From Eledone cirrhosa (taxonomy: Eukaryota), in NCBI GenBank assembly GCA_964016885.1, contig OZ024743.1, positions 342,426,001 to 342,490,000 of the forward strand: a stretch of 64,000 bases of DNA. The letters run 5' to 3'. How positions within the stretch are numbered: the first letter of the stretch is position 1; the number at the start of each line of letters is the position of its first letter. A model generated the notes under the pieces. That model was not told the DNA's origin. It ran no database searches and was given only the letters and a program-made list of their open reading frames with translations. Positions 1-13,299 of the stretch are shown piece by piece. The translations under genes and the position numbers were made by a program.

Positions 1-14
1 ATGTAGGAGAACCC

Positions 15-96
15 CTACCGATGCGCTAAACAAGTGTGACTTTTTAGTCCAGCCAGCGACTTGAAAACTCTGGTACAAACACTACACTTGTGACAA
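15..96 (-). mobile_element. 3' end fragment of an RTE-type LINE ORF (C-terminal zinc-finger-like motif)
   Basis: Translates CHKCSVCTRVFKSLAGLKSH, matching the CxxCxRxFxSxxGLxSH tail of RTE/BovB-like ORFs; abuts (CATA)n. Confidence 0.55.
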
Positions 97-103
97 TTAT
101 TGA

Positions 104-250
104 CATACATACATACATACATACATACATACATAGATACATACATACATACATACATACATACATACATACATACATACATACATACACACACACACAC
201 TTACATACATGCATATATACATACACACACACATACGTACATACATACAT
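104..250. repeat. (CATA)n/(CA)n microsatellite
   Basis: Directly visible; source of the spurious MYVC/IHTY ORFs. Confidence 0.95.
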
Positions 251-1094
251 GATGATGGCTGCCCCCTCGTTATCGGTTATGGCCATTGCACATTATTGAT
301 AATTATTAATTCATTCTATCGCGAAATGTCTGTGCGTGAAGACCTTTTTAAGGTGAGGAAAGACTGTGCACTAAGCGAATTCCACTCTCTGGGCGACAGT
401 AGCTATAATCCAAAAAGAAGAAAATATCAACATCATCGGTAACAACTGAGCCGTAGGTTTTATGTCAGAGTAATCCCAGTTTCCTGAGTTGCCTTCTCCT
501 AGAAGAATGCCCTGACAAAGGTTAGGGGTCCTTCACTCCTAGTGGTTTAACCATGCGATTGGGTATCCAGCCCGATTATTTCTATTTCTCCGTGCATATA
601 TATATATATATATATATATACACATGTTTACATGTATATACATATATATACATATACGCATATATACACATACATACATGTATATACATATTTACACATT
701 TTTGGTAGGCCGTTGATTCTTATGTATTCCTCCGCCCTTTGTCAGGTATTGTTTTTTGTCCTGATTGGTGTGCAAAATCACCCTCCTCAGCAAGTAAGCT
801 TGATGGGGTTGCCGGTTTAGTCGCCGACGACCCGACCATGCGAGAGGTTTTACTGGGTTACATGTTACCAGTAGCGCTCAAGAGTGACCCGACATAGCAT
901 ACAAACATAGATACACACATAATACATATACACATACACACACACATAGATACACACATAAATGATTTTGAGAATCTCTGATTCCGATTTTTTGATGTTT
1001 TATTTCGTGTAAGTTTGTGTATATATATATATGATTTAATCTTGATTATGTTTTACATTCGTGTGTGTATATTTATATTTTATATGTATGCAAA

Positions 1095-1607
1095 TAATTG
1101 TTTCTACTTTTGGCACAAGGCCAGCAATTATCCAGTGTATTACTGGTACTTTATTTTATCGACCCCTTAAGGATGAAAGGCAAAGTTAATATGTATGCAA
1201 ATAATGATTTTTTGTATAGGCACAAGGCCAGTAATTTTGCTGGAGGGGAAAGTCGATTAAATCGAACCCAGTACATTACTGGTGCTCTATTTTATCGACC
1301 CTAAACGATAAAAGGCAAAGTTAACCTCGGCGGCATTTGAACTCAGACCGTAAAGGACTCTATGGTGCAAAGCATGGTGTCCGACTATACCGGTACTGCC
1401 AATCCACCACCCTATATGTATGCAAATAATTGTTTCTACTTTAGGCACAAGGCCAGCAATTATCTAGTGCATTACTGGTACTTTATTTTATCGACCCCGT
1501 AAGGATGAAAGGCAAAGTCAACCTCGGCGGGATTTGAACTCAGATCGTAAAGGGACGTAACTATGCTGGAAAGCATGGCGTCCGACCCTCTACTGATACT
1601 GCCAATG
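1095..1607 (-). mobile_element. Three tandem copies (one partial) of a tRNA-derived SINE, Octopus-type
   Basis: Repeated ctggtactttattttatcgacccc..aaggatgaaaggcaaagt and ggatttgaactcag (reverse B box GAGTTCAAATCC); copies separated by atgtatgcaaataat. Confidence 0.85.
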
Positions 1608-2127
1608 CAAATAATGAAATTGAAGTTTAAGCCTGTTGCGTCTACTTTTGATATCGTATTTTGTGATATTCATTTTGGGTTCGTTTCGCTTATTTCTTTA
1701 TTGACTTAGGTAATATTTGTTTTTTTCTGTTGTGTTGTACGAATTAGACTTCCCGATGCGTGGCATCACTTCATCTACGTAGATTGTTTGGGGTTTTAAA
1801 TTGCGAGACGGTGGGAGAATGTGGAGCACAGACTATTAGGTAATGGGGTCGTAGCCGTTGTAGACATTCATAACTTTATTAGTTTTATTATATATAAACT
1901 CCCTAATATCACAGCTTGATAACGCCTGTCTTCCTTATTTGGGGGCTGTTGCAGTCCGCTTGGCGGTATGCGTAGTTCGGAAGGGAAAGACGGGTTGTTC
2001 GCGTTCGATTTGGCGTTTCTAGAGAGTTTTACCTGGAGTCATAATTGCAGGTTGCCGTTCGGTTTAAGGTGTTTACTCAGTGATTTCCACAGTGATATAT
2101 ATATATATATATAAATATATATATATA

Positions 2128-2436
<309 letters not shown>

Positions 2437-2760
2437 GAATTGTTTACTAATTACAGCCCTTTCTTTTTTAAATATTTTGATGAACGCATCAATTGTCTGT
2501 TTTGTAGAATGTAATTTTCACATTTTATTTTCAATCTTCCTTTCAAAATAATTTGGAAAATTGATTTTTTTTCTTTTATCTTTGTTCATCTATATCTATT
2601 TTTTTTTATATATATATTAATATTTCGATACTTGTAATAAACTAATTTTCGAGTACATCGAATTCATGAAATTTATGAAAAATATGTGTTCACTATCAAC
2701 ATGTTACAGCTCTAAATTATATTATATTCTTAGCATTACTTTATATATATATATATATAT

Positions 2761-3185
2761 ACGATATTAACAAATGGAAACTATATTTATAAAACCATAT
2801 TTATTTCATTATACATATTTCAAGGACACCAAGTTAAATTATGGTGTGCTTTCATCAGACAAAATATAATATAGATCAGTTTTATAAATAAATATTGACA
2901 TACCCTTAAAAAATGCAACCATTACTGTTGGAAGCTCCCGGTTGCATTTTTTAAGGGTATGTCAATATTTATTTATAAAACTGATCTATATTATATTTTG
3001 TCTGATGAAAGCACACCATAATTTAACTTGGTGTCCTTGAAATATGTATAATGAAATAAATATGGTTTTATAAATATAGTTTTCATTTGTTAATATCGTA
3101 TGTTTACTCCAAATACTTGTTGAGTGCTTTATATCAGTTATAAAAATATTTACTTGTTATATCCCAACAATTTAAATAGAACTGT

Positions 3186-3189
<4 letters not shown>
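2761..3189. mobile_element. Fold-back PLE pLTR element, ~160-bp inverted arms (2761-2920 / 2940-3100)
   Basis: Arms near-perfect reverse complements; homologous to the PLE termini at 20150-20420 and 20461-20650; (TA)n both sides. Confidence 0.9.
2994..3058 (+). ncRNA. Type I hammerhead ribozyme (mirror copy 2802-2866 on -)
   Basis: TATTTTGT-CTGATGA-AAGCACACCA/TGGTGTCCTT-GAAA-TATGTA-TA-ATGAAATA: intact core with stems I-III. Confidence 0.85.
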
Positions 3190-3248
<59 letters not shown>

Positions 3249-3269
3249 ATTATTATTATTATTATTATT

Positions 3270-4002
3270 ACAGCTGCATTTATCTTGCTTTATGTTCATA
3301 CGAGTTATCACCAAGTCACAACCAGTGACCTCAAGAGACAACAAGGTCTCCATGTTCAAGAAAGAACATACATTCTCACACATGCATCTTTAGGTGTTTA
3401 GACTTGTGATGTACTTATATTGACAGAATCTTCCTTAGTATATGGGCAATTCCCATTAGTACTATCTTTTGTATTTCTCCCATACGCGGGTTTCCTGGGA
3501 TTTGCGATAAGTAATCATTAGACCCCTTAGGTATCATTACTAGAGCGCCTACAACCACTGGTATTGTTTTAGTTCTCAATTTCCACATTTTTCCAATTTC
3601 TATCTCCAGGTCCTTATACTTGCTCAATTTTTCAAATGTTTTTATAGATACATTCTTGTCTATTGGAACGGACATATCAATTAGCAGGCATACCCTCTTT
3701 TTAAAGTCCTTCAGTATTATATCAGGTCTATTTGCATCTATTTTTCGGTCTGTTTTGGATGCTTAAGTTCCACAAGATTGAGATGTGATCTTTTTCAAGT
3801 ATATGAGGTGGTTGATGCTCCCACCAATTCTTTTGATGGGGCAGGTCAAAATGCTTACACATTATCCAATATATGTATTGTGCAGCTCTGTCATGCCTGT
3901 TTAGGCATTCGGTTGGAGCTATAGGACTGCACATTGAAATTATATGATCAATGGTCTCTGGTTGTTTTTTACATACATGGTATAATGGGCTGCATCCATT
4001 TT
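3270..4002 (-). mobile_element. 5'-truncated R4/Dong-type (RLE) LINE, 3' end
   Basis: CKKQPETIDHIISMC (CCHC remnant), RHD, NRP(D), KLSKYKDL, IPVVVGAL motifs; frameshifted; (ATT)n both sides. Confidence 0.85.
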
Positions 4003-4030
4003 TTATTATTATTATTATTGTTATTGTTAT

Positions 4031-5379
4031 TCCTTGAATCTCAGTCATTGATGTTGGTTAACTGGAAAGTCCGTTGGATTGAATATCAAGCCACTACCTG
4101 CAGCCTCAGATATTCAGGACGTATCGGAGGGTTCTTGCTGTTCCAAGCAAGCATGCCTTTTGAAGCGTTCCAAAAAGCGTGAAGGGGCCGATTTTCTTTA
4201 ACCATCCCTGGAAACTTTTGGAGATAGTCCCCAGTGCGCCTATGACAATCGGGATCACTTTGATTTCATGGCAGTTCCAAATCCTTTTCACCTCCCACTT
4301 TAGGTCCTGGTATCGGTTAATTTTCTCCCTCGCCTTCTCTTGCACTCTCGTGTCGAACAGGCAGGCCACATCCACAATCAGGCACGATCTTTTTTCTTTG
4401 TCCACAACCACCAGGTCAGGTCTATTGTGTTCCAGTTTTTTGTCCGTCTGTATCCTAAAATCCCACAGCACCTTCACCTGATTGTTCTCCTTCACCGCCT
4501 CTGGCCTATGCTCATACCATTTCTCAGAATGTGGTAAATTGTTTACTTTGCACAGGTGCCAGTGGATCACCCTGCCCATCACATCGTGTCTCCAGCCCTT
4601 ATAGTGGGTCTGGGCTAGGTGTTTACACTCGGACACAATGTGAGCCACAGTCTCCTCTCTCTCTCCACAGATCCTGCACAGTGGGCTAGCCTCCTCCTTG
4701 TAGATATGGTGCTTCAACCACTTCGTTTTGAGGGCCTGCTCCTGCGCAGCCATTAGCATTCCTTCTGTAGCCTTTTTGAGGTCTCCTCTTCTCAACCAGT
4801 TCCATGTCTGTGGATCTCTAAATTCAGTTTTCTCAAAGAAGGTACTATGAAGGGATTTTCCCTTAAGGCTGCTCTTCCTCCTTGATGTTATTTCCTCCTT
4901 GGACATCCCCTGGCCTACTGTCCCCTCCTTCAGTACAGTTCTGAGCATTGGCTCCTTACTATAGGTCACGTATTTGTATAGGTTGTTTTTCTCCATCTGA
5001 ACACAGTCCTCTATGCTGATAAGACCTCTTCCACCCTCAGATCTCCTTAGGTAGAGTCTATCGACATCACTCCTCTTGTGGAACATGTTGTAGATAGTCA
5101 ATAGCTTCCTAGTCTTCCTATCCATTTCTTTTTGTTCAGCAACATTCCATCTCAGAATTCCCGCACTGTACCTAATAATAGACACAGCTCGGGAATTTAC
5201 TGCGCTTATGGCATTTCTGCTGTTCAGATGTGACTTCAATACGCTCCTTACTCTCCGAATGTATTCAGTTCTTAACAATTCCTTCATTTTTTTGTTCTTT
5301 ATGCCATCAGCCTCCAGAACGCCCAAATACTTGTATCCTTCCTCAGAGTCAATTTCCTTTATCATCTCCCCTGTTGGTA

Positions 5380-5381
<2 letters not shown>
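4031..5381 (-). mobile_element. 5'-truncated R4/Dong-type (RLE) LINE, ~425 codons open
   Basis: GYKYLGVLE, RLYLRRSEGGRGL, CRICGEREETVAHIVSEC, RHD, HNRPDLVVVD..D..K..Y..L, IPIVIGALG; (ATT)n both sides. Confidence 0.92.
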
Positions 5382-5425
<44 letters not shown>

Positions 5426-5775
5426 CATTATTGGCGACCTACGTAGTAAATCGTATCATCGTGAGCTCCGCAAAGGTTTGTTATTTCCGTTTGTTAAAAA
5501 TTGCCATTTATGGAAAATTTTTATTGTTAACCATATATAAGCGCACATACATTGTTTTCCGAAAAGGACACCCAAAAAGATTGGGGCCTTGTGCACAAAA
5601 TTTAAACTTTTATTATTATCAAAAAATTTCTTTGGAAAAAATTGGCTAATTCACCTCTGCACCAAGCAGCTGAAAGCCTTCCTCACAAATTAACACCTCA
5701 CACCGACACCACCATTGTAAATGTTACTACGTTTGCCAACACTACAAAAAAATAAGCAGTAGCAATATTTTAAAT

Positions 5776-7634
5776 TTGTCTCAGGCAGACATTCATTTCC
5801 CGCCATTACCAATGACTGCAGGTGTTAAAGCCTCCACCACCACCACCACCGCGACAACCACCGCGACAACAGAAACAAAAGAAGAAAAAAATAAATTAAC
5901 TCGTGATGTCGAAATGAAATCAAGCAAAATGGACTCTTCCCCACCAAAGACGACTGACGTCACCACCACCACAACTGAAACTAAAATTAATATTAACACA
6001 AATAACGATAGCAACAACAACAACAATGACATTATAAAAACCACCCTCAGTTTCGCCAGAGTAGCAAAACAGTTCGAAGCATTTACGGTAACTCAGGAGG
6101 ATTTAGAAAATGCCAAACAAATGATAAAGAAAGATGGGTACAGGGTCAGCCTCACCCCCCCCCCCCCCCACACACACACACCTAATAAAATGGAGCATCG
6201 GGGCGCCTATGCACCGTGTCATATCGAACAATAAATGTAAAATCGCGCCGAGTGGAACGGGCATCCGAGTCCCAAATCCAAAAAGCTTTGGGACATGTGT
6301 GGGCAAGAAAAACCAACATCAGACGTGGGCAAAAATATGGAACCGTGGACGTGTTCTTTGAAACACCAGAGGAGGCTAGAGAACACTCCATGGCCCCATT
6401 AAGAAGTGACGACTTCACACTCGTCCCAAGCTATTGTGGCCAGAGACTCGTAAAGATCAGGGTGACCCACGTTCCACCGGCCATCAAAATTCCCTGGCTA
6501 ATAGCGGCCGTCCTCGCCGGCATCGAAGCCAACACAAAAGGAATAGCAATAGCAAAAGAAAAGCAGGAGAACTGGTCCGGATCTGGGATGGAGCTCCTGA
6601 TCCAAGCGGACCAAAAAAGCATTGAGGAGATCCCAGAGGTAATAGACCTCACTGACGGCAGCCACCTCACGGTAATTGTCGAGGGCAGAAGACCTAGGTG
6701 TGTCGTTTGTGGTGAAGGAACCCACCTAAGGGCTTTCTGCCCTCAGGCTAAAAGGTTGAGGCCACCTCTCCTACCCAGCCCAGTGACACAACCATCAACA
6801 CCACCAGTAGCAGAGATGGCAGCAACAACTGTAGCAGCAACAACAGAAGCAACTATAACAGCAACAACCCCAGCAACAGTAGCAAAACCAACACCACCAC
6901 CACCAGCAAAACCAACACCACCACCACCCAACGCCTCAGAACTAGCACCAGCGCCTACACCATCCAGCACGCCACAACCAAAACTAACGCCTGTGGAGGA
7001 TTTTCCACTCCCCGGCCTATCACAACTGGAGACAGATTGTGACGACGAGGAGTGGGAAACGATATCCGGAAAAAAAAAAAGAAACCAAAAAAGAAAAAAT
7101 TCTCTTCCTTCCCCCTCCAAAAACAAAATACAGAAGGAAACAAATAAACTAAGAAACAAAAAAGTTAGGACAGATATGCCACCATCCACACCAGCATCAC
7201 CAACCCCATCAACCCAAACACCAACACCATCACCATCATTAATCCCAACACCACCATCACCTACACCACAAAAGTCACCAAAATGCGAAACAGAAACAAA
7301 CCCACAACAAACGCAAACAAAACAAAACAACCAAAACGATACACACTACACAGCATTAAATTTGAACAACAAGCAATTATTACACTACATCCAACACAAC
7401 ACCAGCATCACAGAAAAAGACTACACAACAACCCCAAAATTCACACCACCTCCACACATACAAATCACTCGCATCACATAGAAAACGTACATGACACTAA
7501 AAAAAAAATTCCCCAAAGACATCGGACACTTCCGACAAGCACACTCCAGGAGGATTTATAAGGACATCCTTCCTGAGGAGGCCACAAGCAGTGAAAAGGA
7601 TGGAAAAACCGTCCTTCCCCTACGAGAAGTAAGG
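5776..7634 (+). pseudogene. ORF1 (gag-like, CCHC zinc knuckle, Pro/Thr-rich tail) of the Tx1-like LINE
   Basis: CVVCGEGTHLRAFC knuckle; SFARV and WETISGKKKR motifs; frameshift at poly-C/CA (6154-6180) and stop at 7479-7481. Confidence 0.8.
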
Positions 7635-7671
7635 TAAGTTGTCTTTCCCATCTTTTCCACTCCTTTTCAAC

Positions 7672-10600
7672 ATGACCTCACTCAGAATAGGCAGCATAAA
7701 TGTGCGTGGCTTGGGGTCGTCATGGAAGCAGGGCCACCTGCTCAACGACCTCAGGTCACTAAACATAGATGTAGTGGCCATCAGCGAGTGTACGCAACTC
7801 CCCCCCCCCCCATCCGTCCGGGATGGGGGGGGAGTTGCTGTGCTTTTTCGGAGAGGTTTGGATCTTGCCATACGGGCCGTCTTCCTGGACCCAGAAGGTA
7901 AGTTGGTGGTGCTGGACGTGACCAGCGGAGACGGGCAAGCTTTCAGGTTAGTGGCCGTCTATGCCCCGACAGGAGCAGGGCGGCCTGATTTCTTCCGGCG
8001 TCTGGAGACCTTTCTTGGAACGTCCCGCTCTTTAGTGTTAGTGGGCGACTGGAACGGGATCTTAGATGCACGCTGGGATTGTGTGGGATTAGTGGATAGG
8101 GAAGGAGGGTGCAAGAGTCTCACCAACCTGCTCAGACGTTTTGAACTGTCTGACAGGTACCGAATGGATTTCCCGAATGTACCAATGTGGACTTGGACAA
8201 ATCGCATAGGGTCATCCAGATCATATCTAGATAGAGTATTTTGTAGGGAAATAGATAGGTCTAGCATAGGCTGTCCACAATTCAAGATAGTCAGCTACAC
8301 GGACCACAAATTCGTGATCTGTGTGCTTGACTTAGATAGGCTTCATAGACGAGGACCCGGCTACTGGAAGCTAAACGCGTCCTTACCAGCGCGCAAGGCC
8401 TACAGAGACCGGATTAGCGAACTAGTTAAGCGGGCGTTGACGGGGGCCATCGTCAACAACAAGTGGTGGTTTGCTCTGAAAAGAGCAATTAGAATAGAGT
8501 CTATTAGGTTTAGTAAGACTTTAGCAATAGAGAAAAATAGAGCAGAGGGAGAATTAGTTAGAAAATTAGATGAGGCGCTTAGCAAAGGCATCGCGACCGA
8601 CGTACTTGCGGCGAAATTGGCCCTTGACCAATTCTTCAATGCAAAGCACGAAGGCTGCGTTGTCAGAGCTAGGGTGCGTGCTCTCAGACACGAGGGGACG
8701 AAAGCCGTTCAATGGGCCCGAGTGGCGGAGGCGCGTCGTGGCAACAAAGCCACGATCCGGTCTTTGGTGGACCACGACGGGCGCATGCTACTCGATCCCG
8801 GGCAAATGTGTGAAGCTTTTCAGCGACACTTCGCTCAACTGTTCGGGGGCAGTGGCGGGCCGGATCGAGGGATGGACTTTAGTGTCTACCTCGACGGACT
8901 GCCGCGGCTCTCGGCCACTGAGGCGGAGTGTTGCGAAAAGCCGATAACAACCGCTGAAGTACGGGATGCAATGACTAGTTGCACAAGGGGTAAATCGCCT
9001 GGTTTGGATGGTCTGCCCTATGAACTTTACGTACAAATGCCAGACTTGTTCGGGGGCCTCTTGGCGGACGTCTACTGCAACTGGTAACAGAACGGGAGAA
9101 TTCCCAGCTCTGTGAGCCGAGGAGCGGTGGCGCTGCTGAGAAAGGATCCGAACAAGGGGGATAACATAGATAATTTTAGGCCCATAACTCTGCTAAACAC
9201 AGAGTTCAAGATTTTGGCCAAGGTGCTAGCAAAGAGGTTGGCGCTTGTCGTTGGTGGTCTGGTGGGAGAGGCACAAACATGCGCCATTCCCGACAGATCC
9301 ATCCACGACAACCTCCACCTCATGCGATACATCGTAGAGAGGGTAGCTAGGGAACCTGGCAAGGGTGGGTCTTTGATCAATTTAGATCAGTCGAAAGCCT
9401 TCGATAGGGTTGACCATCGTTACTTAGCGGCAGTCCTGAGGGCGGCTGGCTTTGGGCCCGTCTTCAGAGGCTGGATCGCTGCCATGCACAGCGACATCTG
9501 CTCTGTAGTGAGAGTGAACGGTCACCTTTCGGAACCGTTCAACATCATGCGCTCGGTCCGCCAAGGATGTCCCCTCTCGTCCCTATTGTACGTATTGACT
9601 CTCGAGCCATTACTGCACAAACTGGAGACGTTGAGGGGGGTCCCGCGCGAACTAAGATGCGGAAGATCCGTGTCAGCATATGCGGACGATGTCACCGTAG
9701 TGGTGTCGAACGCCAAACACATCGAGGCGATCGGCACTACACTAAGAGAATACGAAGCGGTGACAGGAGCAACGATCAACCAGGAAAAGTCAGTGGGCCT
9801 GCAGCTCGGCACCTGGAGGGGCAGGTCCATGCCGTCCAACAGAGTCGTCGGGCGCTGGACGGACGGACCGGTTAAATTGCTAGGGGTCTGGTTCGGTCCA
9901 GACCACCAGACGGACAAAAACTGGGACGAGGTGACTAGCAGGGTGGCTTCTCTCACCCAGTAATGGGCCGAGAGGAAGCTATCCCTGAAAGGTCGAGCGG
10001 AGGTGGCTAACGCGTACATCGCGTCCGTCATCTACTACCGCCTGACCGTCGTACCTTGCCCTAAGCCCCGCCTGACTGCGCTGGAGCGTTTGCTCTTTCG
10101 CTTCTTGTGGAAGGGACGCGCTCCGATGGTAAGGCGGTCCATCTGCTGTCAACACCCGCTACGTGGAGGGCTGGGCATGCCGTGGCTGATGATGCGCAGA
10201 CACGCGCTCAGGCTACGACATCTCCACCTCTTCCTCGACGGTGATCAGGTGTGGTCGCCGTTTGCTAGACACGTTTTTCCCCAGCTCGTCTCCTTGACGG
10301 AGCTGCAGTCCTAGGTCAAGCGAAGACCGAGAGTGAGCGCTTGGAGACTGGAATGTCTTCAGGCGCTCACAGCCCTCGACCAATCGGGCAATGTGATCGG
10401 TGGAAACTCCACCTTGGCGTTCTATAGGGGATTAGTGGAGGGGAAGAACGACGACGTACTTGGAGAAACTCTAGGCGTCGACGAAAGTCAACTAACCAAT
10501 CTCTTCGGAAGGACTTTCGGGCCGGGGCCTATGGACAACTTCCAGAAATCCCTGGCCTGGCAGTGCTACCGAGGAGCTTTGCCAGTTCGGGATAAACTCT

Positions 10601-11024
10601 ACAGGCATGGAGGTGCCGTCAGCCGGTGCATGTCAGCAGGGCGACGAAACCGTCCTGCACGCACTCGTCCAGTGTCCGAGCATTGCTGACTTGTGGGTTT
10701 ATGTCGAACACCTGCTGTCACGTGTAGGACGGATCCAGCTATCAGCTGAGTCCATCGTGAGGATTGCCCCGCCCTCTTCCTTTAGCCGGGAAGGGCAGGC
10801 AGTTTTTATCTGTCTGGTGGCCATGGCGAAAGAGATAGTATGGTGGACACGTTTGAAAGGGCTGAAGACGAGCACTTACCTCTTCGGTGATGCCCAAATT
10901 TCATCTGAAAAGGAAAATCAGGGTAGAGAGGGAAGTGCTCTCTTCCCAGCATTTTGTTGAAAGATGGGTGAGAGAAGCAAGTATGGCCCGAATGAATGGG
11001 CCTTCTATGAGTATATGTCTGTAA
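7672..11024 (+). pseudogene. ORF2 (APE endonuclease + reverse transcriptase) of the Tx1-like LINE
   Basis: SINVRGLG, VYAP, GDWN, SYLDRV, TDH, GPGYWKLN, KSPGLDGL, FRPITLLN, DQSKAFDRV, RQGCPLS, YADD; stops at 9085, 9961, 10312, frameshift near 10630. Confidence 0.92.
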
Positions 11025-11268
11025 ATTAAAAGTGGAAAACTGGGAGAGGGCACTTGCCCTGGTGGTCAGGGCCACTGTGGTCTTTTAATGGGCTTTCTCC
11101 ACAAATGTCCCTCGGAAGTCTCCCCCCTATTGGGGAATTTTTCTTTGTTATTTTATTTCATCCTCTGTTTTTTTTACACGCAGAAATGCCCATTTGTACC
11201 GTCCTGTATTGTCCTGTACTGTCCTTAATGTCTACTTTATGTAAACCCTTGTGGTTAATAAAGAAAAC

Positions 11269-11299
<31 letters not shown>

Positions 11300-11303
<4 letters not shown>

Positions 11304-13290
11304 CATAATTCATTAGTTTTCCTATCATCGAGTGAACACAATCCATTTGTTGGAAATTATGCACTCTGAAACTTTGCAAGAACTATACAAATGGGAAGAA
11401 ATACCAGCATTGTTACTTTCAGTGTTAAGAATATTCTGCTCGAGAAGTACATTAAAGATTCAACAGTCAGTAGTTCCATCATCGGCTAAAATGTATTAAA
11501 AAATGTAGGTACAGAAACATTACATTGAATCGAAGCGTTGTAAATATGTAAATAAATAAATTGATAGGTGTAAGCAGGTGTCTCATTTCACGTATAGAGA
11601 AAACGAGCGAACGATCCGACTCGACGGTTGATCTCTATTTGTGTCCACGGAAGAATAATCTAACAAATATGGTTGTATTTGCGTATAAGAAATTCCAATT
11701 TGCAGATTATAATATATGTACTTTTGCTAGGAGCTAGCTCAAGAAAAATAATTAAATATATCCTCCAATAAAGATGACTATGTAGAGTACGGTGTATGAG
11801 ATCAAAAACAGCAACACCCATACGAGTTGAATCTCATGTAGAATCAGTCACCTTTTTATATTTCCTCGGGGATATACGTAAACAATAGTGTTGACTTCAC
11901 TAAAAACACTGAAAGGCTAGATGGAGAAATTATAACAGATCACAGATCGATTGATATCGCAAAGTATACACTTTGTAAATAATGATCGTTCTGTCTTGGC
12001 ATTTGGCTGATGCCTTCTAAATGCTGCCATTATTTCGCATCATTGTGCATTATTTTGCATTGTTTTGGAAAATCCATCCCAATAATTTGAAACGTAAAGT
12101 CTATTTTATTCGGATATTCCTTCTTAATGTTTTCGTAGATTCTGAAAAGAGTGTTAAAGCGAGGTGTAAGGAGAAGTATGAACAAGAGATGAAGTAGCAT
12201 AACTGAAGCTGAATCAAACCAAAGTACTGCGATACTCGATAAAAGTAGTGAAAGAATTTACAAAACAAAACACAGTTTAAAGACAAACTAACAAACAAAA
12301 CTATATTGAAACAAATACTCCAAAAATATAGAATATTAGCGACAGCTTTGTGTCCCCAAAATGATATTTTTTGTAACATAAATAACAGCAATACCAACAA
12401 CATTGTAAGAATCGGAGAATAAGAAACTTATTTACCTTTGTCTTACATGTAGTTGTCATATTTGTGGCAGCAAAAGCCACTTATGGCGTTTTTACTCTGA
12501 ACAAAACCAAGCAACAAACAAATTCTTGGAGCTACTGTTCTTGTAGCACCATCAATCATACCACCAGTTCCATTTTCCAGGAAAACCGGAAAATGTTCTT
12601 CCTCCTCTGTTCTTGGTGAGCGATGTCCTCCAAATTCTGAGGGTGAAATGCTGTAATTCCTTCTACTAAGAGAACAATTCCACCGATTGACAATTTCAAG
12701 GAAAAATGTGGGTTGTGGAAGGCCAACAGACTGTTGTAAAAGAACTAGAAAAGAATAAAAATAATAGAAATAACAAAAAAGCACATCTTTCAGAACTTTT
12801 CGGAAATAAACGCTAAACAGGTCATTCCTCGTAATACGCGCTCGTCAGAACTAGCAAAGCTGGATTGGATAACAAAGTGTATGAACTAGAGGAGGAAACC
12901 TGTAAAACTATGCAATATGTAAAAAGACCCCGGAATAAAGTATTGATACGATACATGTATAACAACAAAAGAAATATACGAAGGGATCAAATATTTCTGT
13001 GCAGAAAATGAAGGTGCTTTAGTTGATGAAGTCACCAACGAATTGGGAAGTTTATAATGTGGTCGACCAAGACACGACTTAACTAATGGTTTCCCACCTG
13101 TATTTTTTGTTAATTATTTTGTTTCATAATGATCTTATACTTACTTCATATTTTATCAGGTTAATCTATCTAGTGTATGCCTTTACCCCTACCCTCAATC
13201 TTTTATAACTTTGTCCAGTCACGCAAATATTATAACACTATATTTATAAAGCACCTTCATTTTCTGCAAGCCTTTGTGGGTAATAAAGAA
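11300..13290 (+). mobile_element. Heavily decayed LINE 3' portion, possibly related to the Tx1-like element
   Basis: Ends gcctttgtgggtaataaagaaa, resembling the Tx1 tail cccttgtggttaataaagaaa; no clean ORF. Confidence 0.35.
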
Positions 13291-13299
13291 ATCACTATG

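Larger units (their letters stand above)
5433..11268 (+). mobile_element. Near full-length Tx1/L1-clade non-LTR retrotransposon (inactivated)
   Basis: ORF1 with CCHC knuckle, ORF2 APE-RT, 3' UTR ending aataaagaaaac; bounded by (ATT)n. Confidence 0.9.

Noticed and set aside
44-299. Low-complexity ORFs (YIYI, CVCV, ERER, poly-L/S/V/M/I) here and across the track
   Set aside because: Translations of microsatellites.
250-895. Short GC-richer islands between microsatellites
   Set aside because: Probably SINE/LINE tails, but the family cannot be supported from sequence alone.
6743-10031. Antisense ORFs of 100-195 aa over the Tx1 element
   Set aside because: Shadow frames of GC-richer LINE coding sequence.
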